The notes: generated by a model not told the origin, from the sequence alone. Positions 27,379-38,341 are shown, numbered from the stretch's first letter. The stretch is DNA of 64,000 bases from Bacteroidota bacterium (GCA_027491355.1 JAIXWI010000006.1:318-64317); one strand, 5' to 3'. A program made the numbers and translations.

Positions 27379-28176
27379 ATGGAATTAGCAATGGTATGTG
27401 AAAAAGCTTGTTTAGCAGCTAAACAAGCCGGACAGTTTATTCAAACACAAGTTCATCAAATTCAACTTTCAGATATTGAAGAAAAAAGCCTCAATCAATT
27501 GGTGAGTTTTGTAGACAAAACAAGTGAAGCAATGCTTGTAAATGCTTTAAAAACAATCATTCCTGAAGCGGCATTCATTACAGAAGAAGAAACAGTTCCC
27601 AGAACACATGCTAGTTATACTTGGGTTATTGATCCGTTGGATGGCACAACTAATTTTTTACATGCGTTGCCTGTTTACAGTGTTAGCATTGCTTTAATGA
27701 AAGACAATAAACCTGTTGTTGGTATTGTTTATGAGCCTAACAGGGATGAGTTGTTTTATGCATGGTCGGGAGCTGGTGCATATTTAAATGGTAAGCGTAT
27801 ACATGTAAAAACAAATACAGAATTGAGCAAATCGTTGTTGGCAACAGGTTTTCCTTATTACGATTTTAAGCGGATTCCTCAATATTTATCAACTTTGAGT
27901 GATTTGATGAAAGGTACACAGGGTATGCGAAGAATGGGAAGTGCTGCTGTAGATTTAGCATATACCGCTTGCGGGCGTTTTGATGGTTTTTTTGAATACG
28001 GTTTGAGCCCTTGGGATGTTGCAGGTGGTATTGTCTTAATTGAAGAAGCTGGCGGTAAAATCAGTGATTTCAATGGTGGAGAGGATTACCTATTTGGCAA
28101 AACAATCATTGGCGCATCAAAAGCTTTGTATCCTGATTTGTTGAACGTCATTCAAAGGCATTTCAATCAAGACTAA
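27379..28176 (+). CDS. suhB: inositol monophosphatase family protein
   Basis: Start refined to ATG 27379 (MELAMVCEKA). Contains WVIDPLDGTTNFLH and WDVAGG motifs. Confidence 0.85.
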   Translation: MELAMVCEKACLAAKQAGQFIQTQVHQIQLSDIEEKSLNQLVSFVDKTSEAMLVNALKTIIPEAAFITEEETVPRTHASYTWVIDPLDGTTNFLHALPVYSVSIALMKDNKPVVGIVYEPNRDELFYAWSGAGAYLNGKRIHVKTNTELSKSLLATGFPYYDFKRIPQYLSTLSDLMKGTQGMRRMGSAAVDLAYTACGRFDGFFEYGLSPWDVAGGIVLIEEAGGKISDFNGGEDYLFGKTIIGASKALYPDLLNVIQRHFNQD

Positions 28177-30113
28177 ACTGTTGCAGGCACTTTAAATGTA
28201 GCCGTTTTGTTTGTCATTGATTTAGCTGTTTTTACAATAGCAGCAACATCGTAATTGCATTCAGCATAAAGTTCGTGTGGCTCACCATGTTCTATGTATT
28301 GATCAGGCATACCCATACGTATTACTTCAGATTGGTAGAGGTGATCTGCCATAAATTCAAGGATGGCAGAACCAGCACCACCCATGATGGTTCCATCTTC
28401 AATGGTAATGACTTTACTAAAGTTTTTAAATACTTCGTGCAGCATGGCTTCATCTAAAGGTTTAACAAAGCGTAAATCGTAATGTGCACCACTTAATCCT
28501 TCTTTTTGTAGTTGGTCTAGCGCTTGTGAGGCCATATTGCCTATAGTACCAAATGATACAATGGCAAAATCTTTTCCATCCCTGAGTTTTCGTCCTTTAC
28601 CAATTGTAATTTCGGTGAATGGTTGTTTCCAGTCAATGATAACACCATTTCCCCTAGGGTAGCGGATAGAAATTGGTCCGGCATTTTTATCTAGGGTTGC
28701 AGAATACATGAGGTTTCTGAGTTCAACCTCATTCATTGGAGCTGATACCACCATGTTTGGTACACAACGCATGTAAGGCACATCTAGCATGCCATGGTGT
28801 GTAGGTCCGTCAGCACCTGCAATGCCTGCTCTATCCATACAAAATACCACGTGTAAATTTTGCAAGGCTACATCATGTACAACCTGGTCATAAGCACGTT
28901 GCATGAAAGTGGAGTAAATATTGCAAAATGGAATCAAACCTTGGGTTGACAAACCTGCGCTAAAAGTAACAGCATGCTGTTCGGCAATACCTACATCAAA
29001 AGCCCTCTCTGGTAAAGCTTTCATCATGATATTCATGCTACTTCCTGAGGGCATAGCAGGTGTTACTCCAACAATGCGTTCATTTAAATTGGCCAATTCA
29101 ACCATGGTATGGCCGAATACATCTTGGTATTTAGGTGCTTGAGGAGCTGTATTGGGCGATTTATAAATTTCACCAGTAACTTTGTCGAACAAGCCTGGTG
29201 CATGCCATTTAGTTTGGTCTTTTTCAGCGTGAGCAAATCCTTTACCCTTTACAGTAACACAATGCAACAACTTGGGTCCTGGAATTTTCTTTAGGTCTTC
29301 AAATATCTTAACCATGTGATTTACATCATGTCCATCTACGGGGCCAAAATAACGGAAACCAAGCGCCTCAAATAGGTTGCTATGCTTGAGTAAACCACCT
29401 TTGAGGGTATCGTGTACTTTAGATAAAATGTCTTGCGAAACCTGTCCAAGTTTACTCAGCCTGTCTAGGGCTTTCCAAACATCATCTTTAAATTTATTAT
29501 AAGTAGGAGAGGTAGTAATATCGGTGAGGTATTCTTTGAGTGCACCTACATTGGGGTCAATACTCATGCAATTGTCATTCAACACAACAATTACATTTGC
29601 ATTTGCTACGCCAGCGTGGTTCAAACCTTCAAATGCCATACCACCTGTTAAAGCACCATCTCCAATAATGGCAATGTGTTGTTTGTCTAATTCACCTTTT
29701 AATTTTGATGCAACTGCCATGCCCAATGCTGCAGAAATAGAAGTGGAAGAATGTCCAACTCCAAATGCATCGTATTCACTTTCGCTTCTTTTTGGGAATC
29801 CGCTTAAGCCTTTGTAAATCCTGTTGGTATGAAACTGTTCTCTTCGACCTGTTAAAATTTTGTGTCCATATGCCTGATGACCTACATCCCAAACCAACTG
29901 GTCGTTTGGAGTATTGAATGCATAATGTAAAGCAACACTCAATTCAACTACGCCAAGGCTAGCACCAAAATGCCCCCCATAAACAGACACTGTATCAATG
30001 ATGTATTGTCTTAAGTCTGAGCAGACTTTAACCAAATCCTCTTCTTTGACCTCGCGTAGATCTTTGGGAAATTCAATGTTTTTAAGGTAAGGACCGGGTT
30101 CTATTTTCATCAT
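28173..30113 (-). CDS. dxs: 1-deoxy-D-xylulose-5-phosphate synthase
   Basis: 646 aa with GHSSTSISAALGMA and the transketolase-like TPP fold. Confidence 0.9.
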   Translation of the reverse strand: MMKIEPGPYLKNIEFPKDLREVKEEDLVKVCSDLRQYIIDTVSVYGGHFGASLGVVELSVALHYAFNTPNDQLVWDVGHQAYGHKILTGRREQFHTNRIYKGLSGFPKRSESEYDAFGVGHSSTSISAALGMAVASKLKGELDKQHIAIIGDGALTGGMAFEGLNHAGVANANVIVVLNDNCMSIDPNVGALKEYLTDITTSPTYNKFKDDVWKALDRLSKLGQVSQDILSKVHDTLKGGLLKHSNLFEALGFRYFGPVDGHDVNHMVKIFEDLKKIPGPKLLHCVTVKGKGFAHAEKDQTKWHAPGLFDKVTGEIYKSPNTAPQAPKYQDVFGHTMVELANLNERIVGVTPAMPSGSSMNIMMKALPERAFDVGIAEQHAVTFSAGLSTQGLIPFCNIYSTFMQRAYDQVVHDVALQNLHVVFCMDRAGIAGADGPTHHGMLDVPYMRCVPNMVVSAPMNEVELRNLMYSATLDKNAGPISIRYPRGNGVIIDWKQPFTEITIGKGRKLRDGKDFAIVSFGTIGNMASQALDQLQKEGLSGAHYDLRFVKPLDEAMLHEVFKNFSKVITIEDGTIMGGAGSAILEFMADHLYQSEVIRMGMPDQYIEHGEPHELYAECNYDVAAIVKTAKSMTNKTATFKVPATV

Positions 30114-30215
30114 TACATGTCATAAACACACTTGTTGTGTATTTGTTTTTATATACTGTGTGCAAATTAGGGAAAGAAGTGTAAAACTAAAAACTGATTT
30201 TGTGTAATTAAACAA

Positions 30216-30995
30216 TCAAAGCCTGGCTTCACTTACAACTAAATCTTTTGAGTGAACAGTCAGTATAGGAATACTTGCATTTTTAATGATTTGTTCTGAG
30301 TATTTTCCTGTAAATAAATCCATGAAGCGTCCTTCTTGTTCTGACATTATCACAATCATTCCAGCCTGTTTCTCTGAAGCAAATTGAAGGGTCTGTTTAC
30401 TTGGATTTCCTCCCATTCTCATCTCTAAGGTGTAAGTTGTTCCTTTTTCTTGAATGTGGTTGCATACCTGTCTAGTATAATTTTTAATGGTTACTTCAGC
30501 ATCTTTATCGGTATCATTTGATACGCCCACAACATGTATAGTTGAGTGATAAATACTTGCTATAGCTAATGCGTATGGTATTTTTTGACGGGTTTCAAAT
30601 GAAGTATCAATTGGAACGACAATCGAATTCAAATCAAAATTTCCCTCTGCGGGAATGGTCAATACCATTCTTTCAAAATGATCGATGATATTGAAAACAG
30701 ATTTCGCCTCAATTCCATTTTTTTGATTGTTGTTGAGTTGAACAATAACCAAATCAGGATTGTGTTTCTTGATCATCTTCATGGCATGGTTTGCAGAAAA
30801 TGTGTCATTTAATTGCTCGAATTGAAAATCTAGCCCTGAATTTGCAAAAATTTGAGACACATTTCCTGTCCCAAAATGGCAGAAGTTCAATTTTGCAGCA
30901 TAATGCTTGGTTAAAGCAAGCCCAATTTTTTGAGTCTGTTCGCTAAGGTGTTCACCCGAACTCAATAGCAAAATTTGTTGAATTTGAATGGCCAT
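30216..30995 (-). CDS. universal stress protein (tandem UspA domains)
   Basis: Tool ORF begins at TTG 31001; ATG at 30995 gives MAIQIQQ. Two Usp-like halves with G..GxxS motifs. Confidence 0.8.
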   Translation of the reverse strand: MAIQIQQILLLSSGEHLSEQTQKIGLALTKHYAAKLNFCHFGTGNVSQIFANSGLDFQFEQLNDTFSANHAMKMIKKHNPDLVIVQLNNNQKNGIEAKSVFNIIDHFERMVLTIPAEGNFDLNSIVVPIDTSFETRQKIPYALAIASIYHSTIHVVGVSNDTDKDAEVTIKNYTRQVCNHIQEKGTTYTLEMRMGGNPSKQTLQFASEKQAGMIVIMSEQEGRFMDLFTGKYSEQIIKNASIPILTVHSKDLVVSEARL

Positions 30996-31098
30996 AAGCA
31001 ATTGATTGAGATTGACTTGAAATTACATAAAAAAATTCAGTCAACAAACATTTGCCCCATTAAGTTTTTAATTAACAGATTAACAAGTATTTATAAAA

Positions 31099-31881
31099 CT
31101 ATTTTCCTGTAAAAACAGGTTTACGTTTTTCTATAAACGCCTGTACACCTTCTTTATAATCGTCACTTCTGCCTGCAATTTCTTGGCAATAAGCTTCATA
31201 AGCCAACATATGGTCTAAATCTGAATGAAAAGACTGGTTCAGCATTTTTTTCATTAAGCCTATGGCTTTGGTTGGTGCGTTTGCATAATAATTGGTGTAA
31301 TGTTCAGTTGCCGCATCTAATTCCTCAATTGGTACAATTTTGTTTACCATTCCCCACTCAAATGCTTGTTTTGCCGAAACTTTACTTCCCATGGTTGAGA
31401 GTTCAAATGCTCTGGCAGAACCAACCAATCTTGGCAAGAAATAGGAAGAACCTGAGTCTAGCACCAATCCTACATTTACAAAAACTTCAATTAAACTTGC
31501 ATTTTCTGCAGCTACAATTAAGTCACAAGCCAATGCAAGCGAACAACCGGCACCAGCTGCAACTCCATTGAGTTTACAAATAACAGGTATTGCTAAATTA
31601 CGGATAGCTTTGATCATTGGGTTGTATCTTTTGTGGATACTTTCACTCAAACTTCTTTTTGTTCCAGCGATTGATTTTAAATCTTGTCCGCTACAAAATG
31701 CTTTTCCACTTCCTGTAATGACAAGTACTCGAATGCTTTTATCCTTTGAAATTTTTTTTAAAGCATCAATGACATCAGCACTCATTTGTTCATTGAAAGC
31801 ATTGAAGACGTCAGGTCTGTTGAGGGTTAATTGCGCAACGCCATTTTGTATGTCGAGCAAGATAGTTTCGTATTGCATCAT
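31099..31881 (-). CDS. enoyl-CoA hydratase/isomerase family protein (PaaG-like candidate)
   Basis: 260 aa crotonase fold with VLVITGSGKAFCSGQDLK. Confidence 0.8.
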   Translation of the reverse strand: MMQYETILLDIQNGVAQLTLNRPDVFNAFNEQMSADVIDALKKISKDKSIRVLVITGSGKAFCSGQDLKSIAGTKRSLSESIHKRYNPMIKAIRNLAIPVICKLNGVAAGAGCSLALACDLIVAAENASLIEVFVNVGLVLDSGSSYFLPRLVGSARAFELSTMGSKVSAKQAFEWGMVNKIVPIEELDAATEHYTNYYANAPTKAIGLMKKMLNQSFHSDLDHMLAYEAYCQEIAGRSDDYKEGVQAFIEKRKPVFTGK

Positions 31882-31882
31882 A

Positions 31883-32485
31883 TTATAAAAAGATAACCAT
31901 TGTTGTTAAACCGATAAAAAAACCACTGTAGAGTTCTTTGTGGCTGTGTGCATTTAAATGAAGTCTGGAAGAGATAACTAAACCTGCTATTACAAACAAT
32001 GCAGCTAGTAAAATGCGAGTATCAATCAGACTCTCAAAAGAAGCCAAAAAAACCAGACCAATAGTTGCACCAATACTGGCAGCATGAATGCTTATTTTAT
32101 GAAAAAAATTGATTGTTAAAATCAATAGCATTAATAAACCAGATGCAATTAAATAATTGACTAATTTTTGAGGTATAGGATAATTCGAAAAATTATAGTA
32201 ACAAAATCCATACATGAACAAGGTAATGGCAAAAGGGAGGTTCCGTTCTTTTTTTTCATGCATGTGCAATGAACTGATTTTACCAATTTGTTTCAATACC
32301 AATGACATGATGACTGGTATGAGATGAGTACAACTGTAAATAAATAAAATATAAAACCACCTTGCTTTTGCAGGCAATGAAAAATAAACAGATGGAAACA
32401 ATAAAAACAGCAGATAAATGCCTAGTAGGTTTACAAAAATTGGATGAAAGATAACTGAGAAAAAACGTGCTAAATGATGACTCAT
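31883..32485 (-). CDS. hypothetical polytopic membrane protein
   Basis: 200 aa with ~6 hydrophobic helices. Its stop is 1 nt from the start of the downstream crotonase gene. Confidence 0.5.
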   Translation of the reverse strand: MSHHLARFFSVIFHPIFVNLLGIYLLFLLFPSVYFSLPAKARWFYILFIYSCTHLIPVIMSLVLKQIGKISSLHMHEKKERNLPFAITLFMYGFCYYNFSNYPIPQKLVNYLIASGLLMLLILTINFFHKISIHAASIGATIGLVFLASFESLIDTRILLAALFVIAGLVISSRLHLNAHSHKELYSGFFIGLTTMVIFL

Positions 32486-32488
32486 TGT

Positions 32489-32875
32489 TTAATTCAATGC
32501 AATTGCTGTAACACTGATTTCAACATTTGCGCCCAGAGGTAATCTGACTACTTGCACAGTTTCTCTGGCAGGGAAATGTTTGGTAAAGAATGAACCATAC
32601 ACTTCATTGATCGCAGCAAAATCATTTAAATCTGTACAGAAAATAGTTGTTTTGACAATGTCAGCATAGTCCATGCCAGCTTCTTTTAAAATGGCACCAA
32701 CATTTTCCATCACTTTTTGGGTTTCTGCCTTGATGTTGTGTTGAACCATTTCTCCAGTTTGTGCATCTTTGGCAACTTGACCACTTACATACAAAGTATT
32801 TCCAGCTTTTACTGCATGGCTATAAGGACCAATTGGTGTTGGTGCACCATTGCTTGTAACAATTGTCTTTTCCAT
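32489..32875 (-). CDS. ridA: RidA/YjgF family reactive-intermediate deaminase
   Basis: 128 aa (APTPIGPYSHAVKAGNTLYVSGQ). Confidence 0.85.
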   Translation of the reverse strand: MEKTIVTSNGAPTPIGPYSHAVKAGNTLYVSGQVAKDAQTGEMVQHNIKAETQKVMENVGAILKEAGMDYADIVKTTIFCTDLNDFAAINEVYGSFFTKHFPARETVQVVRLPLGANVEISVTAIALN

Positions 32876-32918
32876 TTGAATAGTAAAGTTATTTTTGTTT
32901 TAAATTTCAACTACGAAT

Positions 32919-33608
32919 ATGAAGATTTTGGCCAGAGGTTCAAAGCAACAGCTCAAAGAATTACAAGAAAAATTACAAAATTCAACGCATTCACTTGAAT
33001 TTGCTGATGAATATCAAGATTTAATTGGTCAAATTAACGCATCGGATTTATTAATTGACCTACATTTTGATGCCGTACTTGGACGTATACAACAATACAA
33101 AGGAGTAAAAGTTCCAATGCTTTTGTCTGCTGTAAAAATTCAATTGGCAGCAGCGCTATCGCAAGAGGATGTATCCTTGTTTCCACCAATTTTTGGATTC
33201 AATGCATTGCCTACTTTTATCAATAGAAAAATTGCAGAAGTAAGTTTGGCCCATCCCCAACAAAAAAATGAATTGAATGCTTTGATGCAACAATTAGGTT
33301 GGGAATACAAATTGGTGAATGACCGCGTTGGCATGTTTACTCCTAGGGTTATATGCATGCTTATAAATGAAGCATGTTATACCTTACAAGAAGGCACAGC
33401 CTCACAAAAAGACATTGATACAAGTATGAAATTGGGAACTGGTTACCCTCATGGACCTTTTGAATGGGCTGATTTAATTGGAATTAAAGACGTATATGAG
33501 GTGCTAGAAGCCATGTATTCAGATACCAAAGAGGAACGTTATAAAATTTGTCCATTGTTGAAAACACATTATTTAAAAGCTGAAAAATTTTATCCAAATG
33601 CCAACTAA
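32919..33608 (+). CDS. 3-hydroxyacyl-CoA dehydrogenase family protein (C-terminal domain conserved; N-terminal NAD-binding motif degenerate)
   Basis: 229 aa. C-terminal half (DRVGMFTPRVICMLINEACYTLQEGTASQKDIDTSMKLGTGYPHGPFEWADLIG) matches the 3HCDH C-domain. No GxGxxG is found in the N-terminal half. Confidence 0.65.
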   Translation: MKILARGSKQQLKELQEKLQNSTHSLEFADEYQDLIGQINASDLLIDLHFDAVLGRIQQYKGVKVPMLLSAVKIQLAAALSQEDVSLFPPIFGFNALPTFINRKIAEVSLAHPQQKNELNALMQQLGWEYKLVNDRVGMFTPRVICMLINEACYTLQEGTASQKDIDTSMKLGTGYPHGPFEWADLIGIKDVYEVLEAMYSDTKEERYKICPLLKTHYLKAEKFYPNAN

Positions 33609-35559
33609 ATCATTCCTAATTTTATGGCTGATGTTGAGCTCTATTATAGTTGTTTCAGCCCAAGAAGATGCATGCAGCAAACAAAAAGCACTGTTCAAGT
33701 CTGCTTTTAAAAAACCTATTCATTCAAACACTTACTTGAATTTAATCAATGCATACGATGTATATTATCATGCATTAGATTTAGCAATTGAAGCCGATAC
33801 AACTTTTATTTCTGGAAATGTCTTGACTGCATTCACAGTCAACCAACAATTGGATACTTTTGCGTTTGAGTTGCACCAAGATTTAATGATTGATTCAATA
33901 AAAGGATCCAATCAGCAAGCACTCGGTTTTTATAGAATTTCGGATGAGGTATTTGTGAAGCTGAATCAAACAATCCCTGCCTTAGGTAAAACACAGGTAC
34001 AAATATTTTACCATGGCACACCTCCAACAGGTGCAAGCGCTGCAATTGGAAATGGATTTTCAAATGGGGTTTCAGCCAATTATGGAAAAAGAGTTACATG
34101 GAGCCTCAGTCAGCCTTATGCTGCTAAAGAATGGTGGCCATGTAAACAAGCTTTAACTGATAAAATAGATTCAGTAGACATTCATGTAACCACAGCTCAA
34201 AACAATAAAGTTGGGAGCAATGGTTTACTCAAACAAATTGTTCAATTGCCCAATAACAAAAATCGTTACGAATGGAAAACAAACTATCCAATAGATTTTT
34301 ATTTGATTTCTGTGAGTGTAGGAAACTATTTTGAGAACATAGATTATGCAAAACCAAAAGGTTTAAAAGACAGCATTTTAATCCTGAACTACTTGTACAA
34401 TGAACAAGCTTACATAGACAACAAGAAAACATTAGGTGAGTGTAAAGACATCCTTTCACTTTTTAGTGAGTATTTTGGCATGTATCCATTTTACAAGGAA
34501 AAATACGGACACACCATGGCACCTTTTTCTGGGGGTATGGAGCACCAAACCATGAGTACAATGGGAATCATTTCATATGATATCATGGTTCATGAACTGG
34601 CACATCAATGGTTTGGTGATTACATTACATGCAGTTCTTGGTCTGATTTATGGCTCAATGAAGGTTTTGCATCATACATAGAATTGCTTGCATATGAAAA
34701 ATTCTATCCCCAATATTATTATAACAAGTTGTTAGGTAAAATGAACAGAGCAAAACAAACATCAGGTTCTGTTTATGTATTAGATACCGCATCGGTTGAA
34801 CGTTTGTTCAATAGTAACTTAACCTACAACAAAGGGGGTATGGTTTTACACATGTTGCGCTGGACACTTGGTGACAGCTTATTTTTCGCTTCTTTAAAAA
34901 GTTATGTAAATGTGTATGGCAATAAAACAGCTAGTACAACAGATTTCAAGAATGTATGTGAACAAACGAGTGGTAAAAATTTAGGTAGCTTTTTTCAAGA
35001 GTGGATCATGGGCTCAGGATTTCCTAGCTATACTATTAACTGGAATTGTACAAATAAAGATTTACATTTAAATGTATTTCAGTCAAATGTTCAATCGGCA
35101 GGAAGTTTATTTTCAATAGATTTACCACTAAGAATTTATTTTGCAAATGGTGATTCCATTGACCTCAGAATACCTGGCGCTGCATTGGCTTCAAACTATT
35201 CAAAAATACCTTTAATTGATAGTGTGATTGGTATTCAATTCAATTATAACAGACAAATCTTAGCCAATGGTATTGTAAAACGCGATTCCTTTTTAACCGC
35301 AATTGAAACCATCAATCAGTTACCTGACATTGAGTTGTATCCAAATCCTAGCAATGGCAAATTGACCGTTCAAATAAACATGCAATTGCCTGTCTTGATT
35401 CGTGTTTTTAATATGACGGGAAAGCTTATGTTTGAGCATTTACAAAATCAAAGTACCGAACTACTAGAATTACCAGCTGAAGAAGGTCTATACATGATTG
35501 AAATTGGTAATGAACATGGAAGAATGATTCAGAAAATTATCAGAACATTTAGCAACTAA
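33598..35559 (+). CDS. M1-family zinc metallopeptidase with T9SS type-A C-terminal sorting domain
   Basis: 653 aa with signal peptide, HELAHQWFGD...NEGFA zinc-binding motifs, and C-terminal YPNPSNGKLTV...IEIGNEHGRMIQKII. Confidence 0.8.
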   Translation: MPTKSFLILWLMLSSIIVVSAQEDACSKQKALFKSAFKKPIHSNTYLNLINAYDVYYHALDLAIEADTTFISGNVLTAFTVNQQLDTFAFELHQDLMIDSIKGSNQQALGFYRISDEVFVKLNQTIPALGKTQVQIFYHGTPPTGASAAIGNGFSNGVSANYGKRVTWSLSQPYAAKEWWPCKQALTDKIDSVDIHVTTAQNNKVGSNGLLKQIVQLPNNKNRYEWKTNYPIDFYLISVSVGNYFENIDYAKPKGLKDSILILNYLYNEQAYIDNKKTLGECKDILSLFSEYFGMYPFYKEKYGHTMAPFSGGMEHQTMSTMGIISYDIMVHELAHQWFGDYITCSSWSDLWLNEGFASYIELLAYEKFYPQYYYNKLLGKMNRAKQTSGSVYVLDTASVERLFNSNLTYNKGGMVLHMLRWTLGDSLFFASLKSYVNVYGNKTASTTDFKNVCEQTSGKNLGSFFQEWIMGSGFPSYTINWNCTNKDLHLNVFQSNVQSAGSLFSIDLPLRIYFANGDSIDLRIPGAALASNYSKIPLIDSVIGIQFNYNRQILANGIVKRDSFLTAIETINQLPDIELYPNPSNGKLTVQINMQLPVLIRVFNMTGKLMFEHLQNQSTELLELPAEEGLYMIEIGNEHGRMIQKIIRTFSN

Positions 35560-36329
35560 TCTTTGAATTCGATATATACAGGGCAATGGTCTGAATGTAC
35601 TTCTTCTTGCAAAATACCTGCATCTTTCAGGTGTTCATTTAATGCTATACTGTTCATACAGTAATCTATTCTCCAGCCTTTGTTTCTTGTTCTCGAGGCT
35701 GCTCTGAAACTCCACCAACTGTATTGGTGTGGTGCGCTATTAAAATGCCTAAAACTATCTGTAAATCCATCACTGATGAATTGGCTTAACCATTCCCGCT
35801 CTTCCGGTAAAAAGCCGCTCGAGTTTTTGTTTCCTATTGGATCGTGAATATCAATTGGTTGGTGAACAATGTTGTAATCACCACAAATAACCAGTTTAGG
35901 AATTTCTTGTTTTAAGTTTTTGATATAATTGTCAAAGAAAGCAAGCCATTTCATTTTGTAAGCTTGTCTTTCATCACCACTTGATCCGCTTGGGATATAA
36001 ACACTAATGACAGAAAATTTATCAAAATCAGCACGGATTATTCTTCCTTCAGTGTCGTATTCAGCATTGTTAAACCCTATGGTAATTTTATTAGGTGCTA
36101 TTTTAGAGAAAATAGCAACACCACTGTATCCTTTTTTAATGGCACTGTTCCAAAATCGGTATTTAAAACCTGTATGGTCAAGTGAAAATTCATGTTGGGC
36201 TATGTTTGCAGCTTCAGCTTTTGTTTCTTGAAAACAAACCACATCAGCATCTGTTTTTTGTAAAAAATCAATCAATCCTTTGTCAATTGCAGATCTGATT
36301 CCATTTACATTGTAACTAATTATTTTCAT
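35556..36329 (-). CDS. xthA: exodeoxyribonuclease III
   Basis: 257 aa (MKIISYNVNGIRSAIDKG...VCFQETK), an EEP nuclease. Confidence 0.9.
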   Translation of the reverse strand: MKIISYNVNGIRSAIDKGLIDFLQKTDADVVCFQETKAEAANIAQHEFSLDHTGFKYRFWNSAIKKGYSGVAIFSKIAPNKITIGFNNAEYDTEGRIIRADFDKFSVISVYIPSGSSGDERQAYKMKWLAFFDNYIKNLKQEIPKLVICGDYNIVHQPIDIHDPIGNKNSSGFLPEEREWLSQFISDGFTDSFRHFNSAPHQYSWWSFRAASRTRNKGWRIDYCMNSIALNEHLKDAGILQEEVHSDHCPVYIEFKD

Positions 36330-36333
36330 ACTT

Positions 36334-37713
36334 TTATTCTACTCCGTGTTCGCTTAATAAATACATTAATCCGGTTAAAACAACACTTCCAAATTGAAGT
36401 TCTCTTTTATTGACATGTTCAAATACATCATTCTCGGTATGGTGGTAATCAAAATATTTTTGACCATCTGGATGAAAGCCAATAATAAGAGCTCCCTGTT
36501 TTTTTAATGGTCCAATATCTGCGCCACCTCCGTTTTCATCTATTGCTTGAACACCATAGGGTGCTAATAAATTTTCCCAACTTTTATAGGCATGTAATTT
36601 TTCTTTTGGTAAAGCAAAACCTATGTGTCTGGGCATAAATCCACCTGCATCCGTTTCTATTGCGGCTATGTGTTTCTCTTTGTTTTTTTCTGCAAGCTCC
36701 GCATATTTTAAACCGCCCTTGAGTCCATTTTCTTCATTGATAAATAGTACAACACGTATGGTTCTTTTAGGACGCATACCTAGTTTTTTAAAGGTATTGA
36801 TAGTTTCTATACATTGTACCACACCCGTGCCATCATCATGCGCGCCTTCTCCAATATCCCATGAATCTATGTGCGCTCCTAGTACAATTATTTCATTTGG
36901 TTTTTCAGATCCTTTAATTTCAGCAACAACATTATAACTCAGAACTTCAGGCAACATTTCACAGAGTTGTTTAAAATAGACTGTTACTTGAGGGTCCTTC
37001 TCAATTGCATTACTTAGCACCGTGGCATCTGCAGTACTGATAGCACAAGCGGGTATTGATGGAAAACTGTCTTTGTATTGCGTTGCACCTGTATGTGGGA
37101 AATGATCATGCGCATGGGTCATACTTCTTACAATCACTCCAATTGCACCCTTTTTTGCTGCTTCAATAGGGCCCATGCTTCTTTGGTTAACAGTCATGCC
37201 ATAAGCAACGCCGCCATATAAAACTGTATCTGGAAATGGTCTTGAAAAATACACAATTTTACCACGTACCAATTCATTTGGTTTGGCTCGCAATTCTTCA
37301 AAAGTTTTTACTTCTATAATTCCAGCTTTTATACCATTTACTGGTGTTGCCACACTGTTTCCCAAAGCACAAATTGCGAGGTTTATTTTCTTGTTTTGAT
37401 AAATCAAGTAGGCTTCTTCTTTTTCCCCTCTTTTCCAATGAGGTACCATTACTGGTTGTAACCAAACCGAGTCTGCTTGGGTTTCTGTTAGCTTTTGCAG
37501 CCCCCAGTTGATTGCTTTTTGAGCAGGTTCACTGCCACTGATACGCGCACCAATATTTTTACATAAATATTTTAAGTGAGCATAAGATTGACCGTTGGTG
37601 AATATTTCATGAAAAATTTTCTTAATAACAATTGAATCTTTTTGCTGGGCTTGGATTTGTAAAGAAAGTAATACAAAAACAAATAGTAATAATTTTAATT
37701 TAAATGCATTCAT
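36334..37713 (-). CDS. secreted M28-family aminopeptidase
   Basis: 459 aa with signal peptide and zinc ligands LGAHIDSWDIGEGAHDDGTG, NEENGLKG. Confidence 0.8.
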   Translation of the reverse strand: MNAFKLKLLLFVFVLLSLQIQAQQKDSIVIKKIFHEIFTNGQSYAHLKYLCKNIGARISGSEPAQKAINWGLQKLTETQADSVWLQPVMVPHWKRGEKEEAYLIYQNKKINLAICALGNSVATPVNGIKAGIIEVKTFEELRAKPNELVRGKIVYFSRPFPDTVLYGGVAYGMTVNQRSMGPIEAAKKGAIGVIVRSMTHAHDHFPHTGATQYKDSFPSIPACAISTADATVLSNAIEKDPQVTVYFKQLCEMLPEVLSYNVVAEIKGSEKPNEIIVLGAHIDSWDIGEGAHDDGTGVVQCIETINTFKKLGMRPKRTIRVVLFINEENGLKGGLKYAELAEKNKEKHIAAIETDAGGFMPRHIGFALPKEKLHAYKSWENLLAPYGVQAIDENGGGADIGPLKKQGALIIGFHPDGQKYFDYHHTENDVFEHVNKRELQFGSVVLTGLMYLLSEHGVE

Positions 37714-37720
37714 GAGAAAA

Positions 37721-38341
37721 TCAATCTAATAAGGTGATATAATTTCTGCCAAGCTTGACAAGACCTTTTTGCTCCATGTTTCTGAGCAATCGGCTAATTG
37801 CTTCTCTTTGTGTATGTAGTTCGGTAGCAATTTCTTGGTGAGTAATTTCTAAACTAGATACATGCAATGCTTTACAACGCTCTCTTAAGTAATGTAGCAA
37901 TTGTTTGTCCATGTTGTTAAAAGCAATCAGGTCTATTACATGCAGTAATTCCGCAAAACGTTCTTGGTAATTTTTGTTTACAAAGGCTTTCCATTCAGGG
38001 TATTTTTGCCAATCAGCAGTTTGTTCTACAGGAATCATTGCTAGGGTTAAATCATCTTCTGCTATTGCTTTGATCATGCTTTTTTGAAATACCTGACAAC
38101 AGGTTACAGACATTGCGCATGTTTGACCTGGATACAGGTGGTATAAAAACACTTCTGAGCCATCTTCGTTTTCACGGATAATACGTACACTACCTTTTAA
38201 AACAATTGGAATAAAAACTATCGTATCTCCAACATCAATCAAAACATTTTCTTTTTGTAAATGCTTGATGGTAACAAAGTGTTCTATTTCTTGCAATAGT
38301 TTTGTGTCAGTAAATTGAATTGTATGCAGTAGGTCTTTCAT
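37721..38341 (-). CDS. Crp/Fnr family transcriptional regulator
   Basis: Start refined to ATG 38341 (MKDLLHTIQ). cNMP-binding fold plus C-terminal HTH ISRLLRNMEQKGLVK. Confidence 0.75.
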   Translation of the reverse strand: MKDLLHTIQFTDTKLLQEIEHFVTIKHLQKENVLIDVGDTIVFIPIVLKGSVRIIRENEDGSEVFLYHLYPGQTCAMSVTCCQVFQKSMIKAIAEDDLTLAMIPVEQTADWQKYPEWKAFVNKNYQERFAELLHVIDLIAFNNMDKQLLHYLRERCKALHVSSLEITHQEIATELHTQREAISRLLRNMEQKGLVKLGRNYITLLD

